Source: Gemmatimonadota bacterium
GTDB lineage: Bacteria > Gemmatimonadota > Gemmatimonadetes > Gemmatimonadales > GWC2-71-9
Assembly: GCA_040388535.1 (NCBI GenBank)
Contig: JAZKBR010000002.1
Coordinates: 774,838-838,837 of the forward strand
Length of the DNA stretch: 64,000 bases
Reading direction: 5' to 3'
Shown: positions 1-9,234 of the stretch, in pieces
Numbering within the stretch: position 1 is the stretch's first letter
Layout: each line of letters starts with the position of its first letter
Translations under genes and position numbers: made by a program
Notes under the pieces: model-generated
Told to the model about the DNA's origin: nothing
The model's input: only the letters and a program-made list of their open reading frames with translations
Database searches by the model: none

Positions 1-2695
1 CTTCGGCCGGCGTCAGCACCTTGATCACCCGAGTGCTCGTGCCGCTGGCATCGTCATCCGCGACGCGCACACTCACCGTGAACGAGCCCGCGCTGGAGTA
101 AAGGTGCGAAAGCGCGAAGGTCTTGCCGGAGAGCGCCAGCGGCTGGATGCCGGAGCCATCACCATAATCCACCGTGGCGTTCCAGCTGTCGGCACCGGGA
201 TCGGTGAAACTGCCGCTACTGGTGAAGATCTCGCCGGGGAGCAGGGTGGCACCGGCGAAGGTGCTCACCGAAGGCGCGACGTTGCTCACCGTGGCGCTGG
301 CGAACACAGTGTCGGCGAGCCCGCGAATATCGGTGGCAATGAGCCGTACCGTGTACCCACCGTCCTGCGCATAGGTATGGCTGACGTTCACACCGGTCGC
401 CGTGGCGCCGTCACCGAAGCGCCAGGCATACGTCAGCGCATCGCCATCAGGATCACTCGAGCCGCTCGCACTCATCGCGACTGACGATCCCTCAGTGGCG
501 GCATACGGCCCGTTGAGCACCGCGACCGGGGGCTTCGTGTTGCTTTCGACGGCAATTTCGATGTCATTGCGCAGGAGGGCGAGGAGATCGTATCCGCTCA
601 ATGCCTCCACCGCATCGACGGTGGTCTTGTAGCTCTCCCAGTTGACGTTCCGGACGCCAGGCTCGTTGGGCATGATGACCGCAATCACCTGAAGGTCACT
701 GATGCTCTGGACATCGGCGAGTCCCTTATCGTGTGGCATGATGACCGCGACTTTCCACGTCTGCGCGGGAATGGTGATGATCCCCTGGTCCTTGATGGTG
801 CCCTTGCTCCCCGCGACACCAGCGATGACGTAGACCTCCTTGTTCTGGAGGCGGGCATAGTCACCCAGCACATTCTCGAAGTTCGCCCAGGGGCCCTGAT
901 TCAAGTCGGCGGCCTGTGGCACGATGTTGCTGAAGTAGAACGTGGTCGCGTTGTCGAGCGAGGCCGAGGTCCGGTCGAAGGAACGGGCGAGGTGGCCGCG
1001 ATCGATGCCGTAACCGTGATAGGCCCCGGCCCCGGTGTAATCCGCCGTGGTGTAGCGGGTGTAGGCTGCGGGGAGCGCGGGATCGTACGTGAAACAGTCG
1101 CAGCGATCCTCGGCGCCGAACTGCGTAACGTCGATGTCGTAGGCGACCCAGTTCGGGGTCCCGCGGTTCTTGTTGAACGAGAGAGTGTACTGATCCCGGC
1201 GAATGATGAAGTCGTCGCTGGCGTCGGCATCGGTTGGCTCGCCGAATTCGGCATTGCCGGCATATAGCGCCGTCGCACTCGCCACCGCGATCCTGGTGGG
1301 GAGCGAGGTGGTGCCGGTGGTGATGCCGTCGGCAGCCGTCGCACGGATGACCGCCATCCCGGGTGCCAGTGCGGTCATCACGCCATTCTGGTCGATGGAC
1401 GCGATCGCCGGCGTATCGGAGGACCAGGTCACGGTGGTGTTGATCACGGTCCCGGAGCCGTTGCGCACGGTGGCGAAGATCTGGTCCTGGAAGCCGACCG
1501 GGAGGGCCGGATCGGAAGAGATCCTGCCGCTGAAGGCGATGGTGTTCGCCGGCGGCGGCACGACGCCCCCGCTGTTGCAAGCCCCGAAGGTCGCGGTCGC
1601 GGGCGCCTGCCACGCGCCGGCCGCGGTGCGCTGGAGCGATTGCCCAACTGGTGACGAAGTGGCCTCGCTGACGACGATATCAGTCGAGGTGATGCCGTTT
1701 GCAGGTCCGGTGGTCGCGGCGAAGGCCCCCTCATAAGAGAGGAATTCGACAATCTGTCCGAGATTGTTGACGAGGGCCATCCCATCGGGCGACCCGTTCT
1801 GCACGCCATTGACGGGATACGTCACGACCACGACACCACGGGTGGAGCAGGTGGCGGGAATCGTGCCGGTGAGTGCCGTCGTGTTGTACGCCGCACCCCC
1901 GTTGCCATCATAGAGCACGATGCTCCAGCCCGTCAGCGACGTGCCCGCAGGACCTTCGATCTCGATGGCCTCGTTGGCATCGGTGCCGACGTTGTCATAG
2001 TGCAGCTCGCTGAAGCGGACTTCGGGCGGGCCGGGTGGTGGCGGTGGTGGCGGTGGGGGTGGGGGTGGCGGCGGTGGTGGAGGCGGCGGGGCGATCACGT
2101 CCTCGTCGTTGCAACTGCCAAAGGACGAAGCGCCTGGCCCGCTCCACGCCCCGGTGCCATCGCGCTTGAGCGACATTCCGAGGGGCTCGGTTCCGGCTTC
2201 GGTCACACCGACATCGGTCGAGGTCACTCCATTCGCGGCCCCACCGACGCCGGCGAAGACGCCCTCGTAGGAGAGGAACTCGACCAGCACTCCTCCCGGA
2301 CCGACGAGGGCGATGCCGTCGGGGGAACCATTCTGGATGCCGTTGGCGGGATAGGTCGTCACCACGACGCCGCGTGCATTGCACCCGACCGGAATGGTGC
2401 CGCTCAGCGCCGTGGTGTTGTACACGGCGCCGCCGGTGCCGTTGTAGAGTACCAGCGAGTAGCCGGTGAGATCAGTGCCGGCTGGCCCGGAGACTTCAAT
2501 CGCCTCGCCCGCATCGGTGCCGACATTGTCATAGTGGAATTCGCTGATGCGCACCGAGGGCATCACGACGCGAGCGACGCCGCCTGGTGCGAGCTCGGTC
2601 GGCGAGGTGCCGGTAATCGCCGGGGCGCGATCACTGCAAGAACCAGTGAGGAAGGTCAGCGCCAGCAGCGCGAGACTTCCGTGGCGAACACGCAT
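1..2695 (-). CDS. Secreted DNA/RNA non-specific endonuclease, multidomain (signal/lipobox-like - LTD - polyPro - LTD - Big_2 - Endonuclease_NS - PKD repeats); 3' end lies beyond window start
   Basis: Absent from the ORF track because the frame stays open to nt 1. My own minus-strand translation from ATG 2695 gives MRVRHGSLALLALTFLTGSC; RISEFHYDNVGTDAGEAIEV and RFSELHYDNVGTDANEAIEI (lamin-tail domains); TVTWSSDTPAIASIDQNG (Big_2); YGIDRGHLARSFDR (DRGH catalytic motif, ~nt 1012-971); SSDPDGDALTYAWRFGDG (PKD, ~nt 460-400). Confidence 0.85.
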   Translation of the reverse strand, partial: MRVRHGSLALLALTFLTGSCSDRAPAITGTSPTELAPGGVARVVMPSVRISEFHYDNVGTDAGEAIEVSGPAGTDLTGYSLVLYNGTGGAVYNTTALSGTIPVGCNARGVVVTTYPANGIQNGSPDGIALVGPGGVLVEFLSYEGVFAGVGGAANGVTSTDVGVTEAGTEPLGMSLKRDGTGAWSGPGASSFGSCNDEDVIAPPPPPPPPPPPPPPPPPPPGPPEVRFSELHYDNVGTDANEAIEIEGPAGTSLTGWSIVLYDGNGGAAYNTTALTGTIPATCSTRGVVVVTYPVNGVQNGSPDGMALVNNLGQIVEFLSYEGAFAATTGPANGITSTDIVVSEATSSPVGQSLQRTAAGAWQAPATATFGACNSGGVVPPPANTIAFSGRISSDPALPVGFQDQIFATVRNGSGTVINTTVTWSSDTPAIASIDQNGVMTALAPGMAVIRATAADGITTGTTSLPTRIAVASATALYAGNAEFGEPTDADASDDFIIRRDQYTLSFNKNRGTPNWVAYDIDVTQFGAEDRCDCFTYDPALPAAYTRYTTADYTGAGAYHGYGIDRGHLARSFDRTSASLDNATTFYFSNIVPQAADLNQGPWANFENVLGDYARLQNKEVYVIAGVAGSKGTIKDQGIITIPAQTWKVAVIMPHDKGLADVQSISDLQVIAVIMPNEPGVRNVNWESYKTTVDAVEALSGYDLLALLRNDIEIAVESNTKPPVAVLNGPYAATEGSSVAMSASGSSDPDGDALTYAWRFGDGATATGVNVSHTYAQDGGYTVRLIATDIRGLADTVFASATVSNVAPSVSTFAGATLLPGEIFTSSGSFTDPGADSWNATVDYGDGSGIQPLALSGKTFALSHLYSSAGSFTVSVRVADDDASGTSTRVIKVLTPAE

Positions 2696-2897
2696 GAGAG
2701 GTTCCGGGTCGGATGGTGACGCAGGCCGCGCCGTCGCAGTGCGACGGCTGGTGGCTGATGCAGCAGATTGTCGGGGAATCGTGACTGGAGAAAGCTAACG
2801 TCGAATGTTGACGAATCGCCAGCAGAATGCATCGAGCGGGTCACAGTCGAGCGTTGCAGCGGCGCCACACTTTGGCGACACGATCTCGTGCCGTGCG

Positions 2898-3401
2898 TTA
2901 CTCCCCGATCATCGGCTCGATCATCTCCCGTTCGCGCGGCGCGATGTGCGGTGAATCATTGAGGAGCCGGGCGCAGCTGTTCCAGCGCAGAATGGCGTCG
3001 TCGTCGTCGACCGGGCGGATCGCTTCGGCTCGCTCGTAGAGCGCCATCGCCTCGGTCAGCCATTCGTGCGCGTTCTGGCTCGCTCCCGGGGTGCGCTTTT
3101 CCAGTTGCGCCCGGGCGCGGCGTTCGCAGATGATCCCGCCGTAGTAGGCGCGCTCATACTCGCCAGTAAAGTGCGAGAGGGTCTCCCGCGCCCGGCTTGC
3201 CGCCCCTGCCGATTCCGACCCGAACTGATCGGTGCGCGCGAGCAGCAGGACCTGCAACGCCTTCTGGTTGCCGGGGTCGGTGTTGAGAATGTCGAGGCAG
3301 ATGCTCTCGGCCGCCCACGGCTGGTTGAGCAGCCGATACCGTTCGGCCTTGTCGAGCGCCAGCGGAATCGCGGCAGCGGAAAGCAGTTTCAGTGCGAGCA
3401 T
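2898..3401 (-). CDS. Hypothetical helical (TPR-like) protein
   Basis: 167-aa ORF, 28 nt downstream of sdhB on the same strand. Helical repeat-like composition (ERAYYGGIICERRARAQLE, EWLTEAMALYERAEAIRP). No catalytic motif recognised. Confidence 0.55.
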   Translation of the reverse strand: MLALKLLSAAAIPLALDKAERYRLLNQPWAAESICLDILNTDPGNQKALQVLLLARTDQFGSESAGAASRARETLSHFTGEYERAYYGGIICERRARAQLEKRTPGASQNAHEWLTEAMALYERAEAIRPVDDDDAILRWNSCARLLNDSPHIAPREREMIEPMIGE

Positions 3402-3429
3402 GGGACGCTCCGGAAACGGTTCGGACTAC

Positions 3430-4182
3430 TCATGAAGTCGACGAGCCACGGACCAGGCGCACCAGCGCCCGGAGCGGATCGTAGAAGCGATCCACCACCC
3501 GCTCCTTGAGCGGAATGATCGCGTTATCGGTGATCGCAATCCCTTCGGGACAGACCTTGGTGCAGCACTTGGTGATGTTGCAGTAGCCCACCCCGTCGGC
3601 TTCCCGGAGTTCGTCCATCCGGTCGGCGGTGTCAAGCGGGTGCATCTCGAGCGCCGCGATATAGGTCAGGTACCGCGGGCCGACGAAGCTCTCGTGCTTC
3701 TGGTGATCCCGCAGGACGTGACAGACATCCTGGCAGAGGAAGCATTCGATGCACTTGCGAAACTCCTGCACCCGGTCGACATCGGCCTGCTGCATTCGCC
3801 AGGTGCCGTCCGGGGCGTCGGGCGCGCGCGGCGTGAATTTGCGGATCTTCTTCTTGACCCGGAAATTCCAGCTCACATCGGTCACCAGGTCGCGCACGTG
3901 CGGGAAGGCGCGCATCGGTTCGACCGTGACGGGCTTGCTCATATCGAGCTCGTTGAGCCGGGTCATGCACATCAGCCGCGGCTTGCCGTTGATCTCGGCC
4001 GAGCAGGAACCGCACTTGCCGGCCTTGCAGTTCCAGCGAACGGCGAGGTCATTGGCCTGGTCGGCCTGGATGCCGTGGACGGCATCGAGCACCACCATCC
4101 CCTCGGAGACCTCGGTCGGGTAGTCGACGAATGCGCCGCCGCCGTCGGCGCCGCGCCAGATGCGGAAGGTGGCCTGTGCCAT
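3430..4182 (-). CDS. sdhB: Succinate dehydrogenase/fumarate reductase iron-sulfur subunit
   Basis: 250 aa. 2Fe-2S motif CKAGKCGSCSAEINGKPRLMC and 4Fe-4S/3Fe-4S motifs CIECFLCQDVC and CTKVCP. Start overlaps the sdhA stop at 4182. Confidence 0.93.
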   Translation of the reverse strand: MAQATFRIWRGADGGGAFVDYPTEVSEGMVVLDAVHGIQADQANDLAVRWNCKAGKCGSCSAEINGKPRLMCMTRLNELDMSKPVTVEPMRAFPHVRDLVTDVSWNFRVKKKIRKFTPRAPDAPDGTWRMQQADVDRVQEFRKCIECFLCQDVCHVLRDHQKHESFVGPRYLTYIAALEMHPLDTADRMDELREADGVGYCNITKCCTKVCPEGIAITDNAIIPLKERVVDRFYDPLRALVRLVRGSSTS

Positions 4183-5996
4183 TACTTCTGCTCCTCGATG
4201 ATGCGGGCCTGTTCGGTGGTGAGCGGGGTAACGGGTTCGCGCGACAGGACCATGGCGCCATCGGCCCCCTGGCGTACGACAATGTTGAAGCGCGCCGCCG
4301 CGGGATCCTTGTCAGGGTAGTCCTCGCGGAAATGCCCGCCGCGACTCTCCTTCCGTTCAATAGCAGATCGGGCAATGGCTTCCGAGATGGTGAGCAGGTT
4401 GCCGAGATCCATCGCGGTGTGCCAGCCGGGGTTGTACTCGCGGTTGCCGATCGCGCCGACCTTCGCCGCGCGGGTTCGCAGTTGCTGGAGGTGGGCAAGT
4501 GCCTCCTGCATCTCGTCTTCGCGACGCACGATCCCCACCAGGTCCTGCATCATCGACTGCAAGTCGTGCTGCACATGGTAGGCACCCTCGGCGTCAACGC
4601 CACGTTCGAAGGGCGCCAGCGCGTTCGCCGCGGCACGTTCGACGGCCGCGCTGTCGATGCTGCCGGCGCCCTGCTCCCGGGCGAAGCGCGCCGCATATTC
4701 GCCGGCGCGACGGCCGAACACCAGCAGATCGGAGAGCGAGTTGCCGCCGAGACGATTGGCGCCGTGCAGCCCGGCGGCGCACTCGCCGGCGGCGAAGAGA
4801 CCCGGAACCGACGTCATCTGCGAATCGCCGTCGACCCGAATGCCACCCATGATGTAGTGCGTGGTGGGGCCGACTTCCATCGGCTCCTTCGTGATATCGA
4901 TATCGGCAAGTTGCTTGAACTGGTGATACATGCTGGGGAGCTTCTTCTTGATGTGCTCCGCGGCGTTCGGCAGGCGATCCTTGATCCAGGAGATATCGAG
5001 GAAGACGCCGCCGTGGGGCGAGCCGCGGCCGGCGCGCACTTCGCGCATGATGCAGCGCGCCACGTGATCGCGCGTGAGCAGCTCCGGTGGACGACGCGCC
5101 GTCTTGTCGCCCTGGGTGTAGCGCCACCCTTCTTCTTCGGTGTCGGCGGTCTGGGCGCGGTAGTTCTCCGGAATGTCGTCGAACATGAAGCGACGCCCTT
5201 CCTTGTTGCGCAACACACCGCCTTCGCCGCGCACACCCTCGGTGACCAGAATGCCTTTCACGCTCGGCGGCCACACCATGCCGGTCGGGTGGAACTGCAC
5301 GAACTCCATATCCTGCAGCTCGGCCCCGGCCGCATAGGCAAGCGACTGGCCATCGGCCGTGTACTCCCAGCTATTGCTGGTGATGGAGAACGCGCGCCCG
5401 ACACCGCCGGTCGCCAGGACGACGGCCTTGCACTTGAAGAGCCGGAAGCGGCCGCGTTCGCGATCGTAGCCGAACGCACCCACCACCCGGTTGCCATCCT
5501 TCAGCAGCGAAATGATGGTCACTTCCATATGGACATCGATGCCCTGATGGATCGCGTGATCCTGCAGCGTGCGAATCATCTCGAGTCCGGTCCGATCACC
5601 CACGTGCGCCAGGCGCGGGTAGCGATGGCCGCCGAAATTGCGCTGCAGGATACGGCCGTCGCTGGTGCGATCGAAGACCGCGCCCCACGATTCCAGCTCG
5701 ATGATGCGGGCCGGTGCCTCCTGGGCGTGCAGTTCGGCCATCCGGGCGTTGTTGACGTACTGCCCGCCGCGCATCGTATCGGCGAAGTGCACCATCCAGT
5801 TGTCGCGGTCATCCACGTTGCCCATCGCGGCCGCGGCACCGCCCTCCGCCATCACGGTGTGGGCCTTGCCGAGCAGCGACTTGCAGACGAGCCCCACGCG
5901 CACGCCAGCCGCCGCGGCTTCGATCGCGGCGCGCAGCCCTGCGCCGCCGGCACCAATGATGAGGACATCGTGTTCGTGCGTTTCGTACTCCGCCAT
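4182..5996 (-). CDS. sdhA: Succinate dehydrogenase/fumarate reductase flavoprotein subunit
   Basis: 604 aa. N-terminal FAD fold HDVLIIGAGGAGLRAA; RNFGGHRYPRLAHVGDRTG; HYIMGGIRVD; ESRGGHFRED. Confidence 0.95.
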   Translation of the reverse strand: MAEYETHEHDVLIIGAGGAGLRAAIEAAAAGVRVGLVCKSLLGKAHTVMAEGGAAAAMGNVDDRDNWMVHFADTMRGGQYVNNARMAELHAQEAPARIIELESWGAVFDRTSDGRILQRNFGGHRYPRLAHVGDRTGLEMIRTLQDHAIHQGIDVHMEVTIISLLKDGNRVVGAFGYDRERGRFRLFKCKAVVLATGGVGRAFSITSNSWEYTADGQSLAYAAGAELQDMEFVQFHPTGMVWPPSVKGILVTEGVRGEGGVLRNKEGRRFMFDDIPENYRAQTADTEEEGWRYTQGDKTARRPPELLTRDHVARCIMREVRAGRGSPHGGVFLDISWIKDRLPNAAEHIKKKLPSMYHQFKQLADIDITKEPMEVGPTTHYIMGGIRVDGDSQMTSVPGLFAAGECAAGLHGANRLGGNSLSDLLVFGRRAGEYAARFAREQGAGSIDSAAVERAAANALAPFERGVDAEGAYHVQHDLQSMMQDLVGIVRREDEMQEALAHLQQLRTRAAKVGAIGNREYNPGWHTAMDLGNLLTISEAIARSAIERKESRGGHFREDYPDKDPAAARFNIVVRQGADGAMVLSREPVTPLTTEQARIIEEQK

Positions 5997-6796
5997 CAGA
6001 AGAGCCTCCAGTCATGCCAGATACCCATCGAACAGAGGCGGATGTAGATGTCGGAGAAGGCAACCATCACCAGCGAGCACCACGCCCACTTCATATGAGC
6101 GCGGTTGAGGCAGCTCGAGCAGTCATAGAGTGTCTTCCGCACCGGGCGCTCGGAGAGGCGATCCATCAGGCCACCCACCGCATGGCGGAACGAATGGCAA
6201 CCGAGGGTGTAGCCGCCCAGCAGCACGAGATTCGTGGCGAGGATGAGGGTCCCGACTCCGACGCCGAATTCCCGGGTGCCCGCGGCGTTGACGAACCAGA
6301 ACGCCTCGTACAGATCCTTCGCCAGGAAAAGCAGGAAGGGGATGGCGATGAAGAGAAAGAAGCGATGCAGGTTCTGGAGGATGAGCGGGAAGGAGTGCTC
6401 GCCCCAGTAGCTCTTGCGCGGTTCGCCCACGGCACAGTTGACCGGATCGGCCCAGAGTGCCTTGTAGTAGGCGCCGCGATAGTAGTAACAGGTGAAACGG
6501 AAGCCGCCTGGCGCCCAGAGAATCAGCAGCGCCGGCGAGAACTTCATCCATCCCGGCCACCATCCCGGCTTCGGTCCGAAGAGCGCGTGAGGCGACGCTC
6601 CGAAGATTTCAGGCGAATAGAATGGCGAGATGTAGGAGCCGAAGTAGTAATGGTCGCCCTGAAAGGCAGACCAGGTGGCGTAGACGATGAAGGACGAAAG
6701 GATCAGGAAAGTGATCAGTGGCTGAATCCACCACGCGTCCGTCCGCATAGTTTCGCCGAATCGGCGAGGAGCGAGAGGAAGCGGCGCGTGAGCCAT
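5996..6796 (-). CDS. sdhC: Single large membrane-anchor subunit of SDH (mycobacterial Sdh1 / Rv0249c-like type)
   Basis: 266 aa with multiple hydrophobic helices. Stop/start coupled to sdhA (5996); gene order C-A-B. Cys/His cluster GCHSFRH ... DCSSC near the C-terminus. Confidence 0.6.
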   Translation of the reverse strand: MAHAPLPLAPRRFGETMRTDAWWIQPLITFLILSSFIVYATWSAFQGDHYYFGSYISPFYSPEIFGASPHALFGPKPGWWPGWMKFSPALLILWAPGGFRFTCYYYRGAYYKALWADPVNCAVGEPRKSYWGEHSFPLILQNLHRFFLFIAIPFLLFLAKDLYEAFWFVNAAGTREFGVGVGTLILATNLVLLGGYTLGCHSFRHAVGGLMDRLSERPVRKTLYDCSSCLNRAHMKWAWCSLVMVAFSDIYIRLCSMGIWHDWRLF

Positions 6797-6909
6797 CGGA
6801 ACACTCCCGTGCGGGTTTGCCGACGAACTGACTTGTCTGGGGATGCCACTGACGAGCGGATACCTGCTCTATAACTAATGCGTCTCGCCGGGAATCGCCG
6901 CAAGGGCGC

Positions 6910-7488
6910 TCAGAGCATCCGGAGCATCAGGAAGTCGTCGTCGAGGCGCGCACCGAAGCGAAAGGTTGCCGACCCGGCCACCTCGAACCCGGACTTCCGG
7001 TAGAAGGCAATCGGCCGGGGAGCCTCTTGCCAGACCTGGAGATAGATCCGATCGGCACCGGCGGCACGGGCCGTGTCACAGCAGGCCGTCATCAGCGCGT
7101 CGGCGATGCCGCGTCCGTGCCACCTGCCGTCGAGGTAGAAGCGTTCTATTCCGGTCGCCCGGCTGCCGCCCACGCCGTCGGGAAACGGGGCATCGCCGGT
7201 GGCGGTGTGGGCGTAGCCGATCAGCGTGCCATCGTCGCCTTCAACCAGCAACACCACCACACCTGGTCGTGCCAGCGCCTCGGCCACCAGGTCCGACGCG
7301 AAGGCGTGCTCGAGGTACGGGGTGAGGTCGGGCTCGGGATGAGTCGGACCATATGCCTCAACGAAGAGGCGGGCGCCGAGTGCGGCAACCAGGTCGGCGT
7401 CGGCAACGGTCGCGCGGCGGATTCGGGTGGTGGGATTCACGGGCTCAATAATAGGAGAAGACTGGCACGGTCTCCACCACTTCTGCAC
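6910..7488 (-). CDS. GNAT family N-acetyltransferase
   Basis: 192 aa. Acetyl-CoA binding region RWHGRGIADALMTACCDTARAAGADRIYLQVWQEAPRPIAFYRKSGFEV. True start may be an internal GTG (VNPTTRIRRATVADADL). Confidence 0.8.
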   Translation of the reverse strand: MQKWWRPCQSSPIIEPVNPTTRIRRATVADADLVAALGARLFVEAYGPTHPEPDLTPYLEHAFASDLVAEALARPGVVVLLVEGDDGTLIGYAHTATGDAPFPDGVGGSRATGIERFYLDGRWHGRGIADALMTACCDTARAAGADRIYLQVWQEAPRPIAFYRKSGFEVAGSATFRFGARLDDDFLMLRML

Positions 7489-7533
7489 ATCTCGGCCCTA
7501 GCCCCATCGATACGGCGGGGCCACCTTCACGGT

Positions 7534-9234
7534 ATGCGTCGTGATTCGACCTCTCCCCGCATCGGGTGGCCGCTCCTCTTTCTGCTCGCCGGGCTCGGCT
7601 GTATCGGGCTGGCCCTGGCGGAGGCGCAGCGCAGCGCGCGCTCCAACGAAGCGGTCGCGCGGAATGCGCTCTGGGGGTACTCCACCTTCGTGATCTGGAG
7701 TTACCGCGAACATCTCACCGAGGCGTTGCGTGCCATGGCGCGTGAGGCCCTCGGCGCCGTGAATCACGGCAACGAACTGCATCTCTCGATGCGGATCCCC
7801 AATGCGCCTGAACTTGGGCACTATCTGCCCTGGGATCCCGCCTGTAATTGTCACGTGACGCGCGCTGGTCCGTTGCCGATGGCATTTCTCGGCTTCAAGC
7901 TGGGGACTGACACGCTGAACGTGGGGCGAAATCGCGCGACCTCCCCCGATTCCGGCTGGCTGGTCGACCGGCCGCGAGAGCAGTACATCACCGCTGATTC
8001 GGGGTACAGTGTTGCCGAGCGGCGGTGGCTGCTGGACACGCTGACCGTGGTCGCGCGCTCCCCGCGCTCTCCCTGGGGATACCAGCTGATTGCCATGGGG
8101 CGCGAGGGCGACAGCACCCGGTTGATCGTCAGCACCCTGATGCCGACGGCACGCGGTGACACGATGGTGTATGCGGCCGAATACTCCGGCGAAATGCTGG
8201 CAGCGCTGCTCGCGAATGTGCTCGATGCGCCGGGCCTGCTTCCCGAGGCACTCTCGTCGAAGGGGAGCAATCGCGACATTCTGTCGGTGCAGGTGCGTGA
8301 CACGCGAGGGAAGGCGCTCTTCGGCTGGAACGTGCCGGCGCAATGGCGCATTCCGGCGCAGGCCACGCTGCCGCTGAGCTACGGCCAGATGGTAATCCAG
8401 CTGCAGATTCGACCGGAGCTGACCGACAAGCTCACGATCGGCGGTCTGCCGCGTTCGCGGCTGCCGCTGCTGCTGGCCCTGCTGCTGCTGGCGGCCGGAC
8501 TCACCGTGGTCGCGATGGTGCAATTGCGGCGTGAAGCGCGATTTGCACGCGATCGCGCCACCTTCGTGGCCAATGTCTCGCACGAATTGCGCACGCCGCT
8601 GACCCAGATCCGGCTGGTGACCGACATGCTCCGCCTCGGACGCGAAGCCGATCCTGCCCGACGCGAAGCGGCGCTGGCCCTGGTGGATCGTGAGGTGACG
8701 CGGCTGCAGCATCTGGTGGAAGGCGTACTGCGCTTCTCTCGCGGTGAGCGCCCCGACGACGCGACACCACGCGAGCCGGTCGATGTGGCCGCCGAGGTCC
8801 GCAGTGTGGTGGCCGAGTTCGCACCGCTGGCGGCACCACGCCGAGTCAGCATCGAGGTGGCTGTCGAAGGAGACGCGGTTGCCGCGCTGCGCGCCGGCGC
8901 GCTGCGTCAGGTGCTGCTCAATCTGCTCGACAACGCGGTGAAGTACGGACCGGACGGGCAGACGGTGCGGGTCAAGGTGCAGGCGATGGCTGGTGGTGGT
9001 GCGCGACTCGTGGTGGCCGATCAGGGGCCGGGGGTGTCGCGGCAGGAGCAGGACCGGATCTGGCAACCCTTCCAGCGCGGGGGCGAGGCCGTGACGCGCG
9101 CGGCTGGTGGCAGCGGCATCGGCCTCACCGTGGTGCGCGAGATTGCCGAACGCCACGGCGGTACCGCACGGGTGGCAGAGAATACCGGTGGCGGGGCGAC
9201 CTTCATCGTGACATTCCCCGGTGGGCACGCCTGA
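7534..9234 (+). CDS. Sensor histidine kinase (periplasmic sensing domain, HisKA + HATPase_c)
   Basis: ORF 7027..9234 trimmed to ATG 7534 (MRRDSTSPRIGWPLLFLLAGLGCIGLAL = TM1); the upstream part is antisense to the GNAT gene. Second TM LPLLLALLLLAAGLTVVAMV; H-box VSHELRTPLTQI; N/G boxes LLNLLDNAVKYG, DQGPGV, GSGIGLTVV. Confidence 0.85.
   Translation: MRRDSTSPRIGWPLLFLLAGLGCIGLALAEAQRSARSNEAVARNALWGYSTFVIWSYREHLTEALRAMAREALGAVNHGNELHLSMRIPNAPELGHYLPWDPACNCHVTRAGPLPMAFLGFKLGTDTLNVGRNRATSPDSGWLVDRPREQYITADSGYSVAERRWLLDTLTVVARSPRSPWGYQLIAMGREGDSTRLIVSTLMPTARGDTMVYAAEYSGEMLAALLANVLDAPGLLPEALSSKGSNRDILSVQVRDTRGKALFGWNVPAQWRIPAQATLPLSYGQMVIQLQIRPELTDKLTIGGLPRSRLPLLLALLLLAAGLTVVAMVQLRREARFARDRATFVANVSHELRTPLTQIRLVTDMLRLGREADPARREAALALVDREVTRLQHLVEGVLRFSRGERPDDATPREPVDVAAEVRSVVAEFAPLAAPRRVSIEVAVEGDAVAALRAGALRQVLLNLLDNAVKYGPDGQTVRVKVQAMAGGGARLVVADQGPGVSRQEQDRIWQPFQRGGEAVTRAAGGSGIGLTVVREIAERHGGTARVAENTGGGATFIVTFPGGHA

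Noticed and set aside
4131-6047. 638-aa ORF on the + strand spanning the whole sdhA region
   Set aside because: It is exactly antisense to a gene with unmistakable SdhA motifs. Its translation is Arg/Ala/Gly-rich low complexity with no motif. This is a typical shadow ORF of high-GC DNA.
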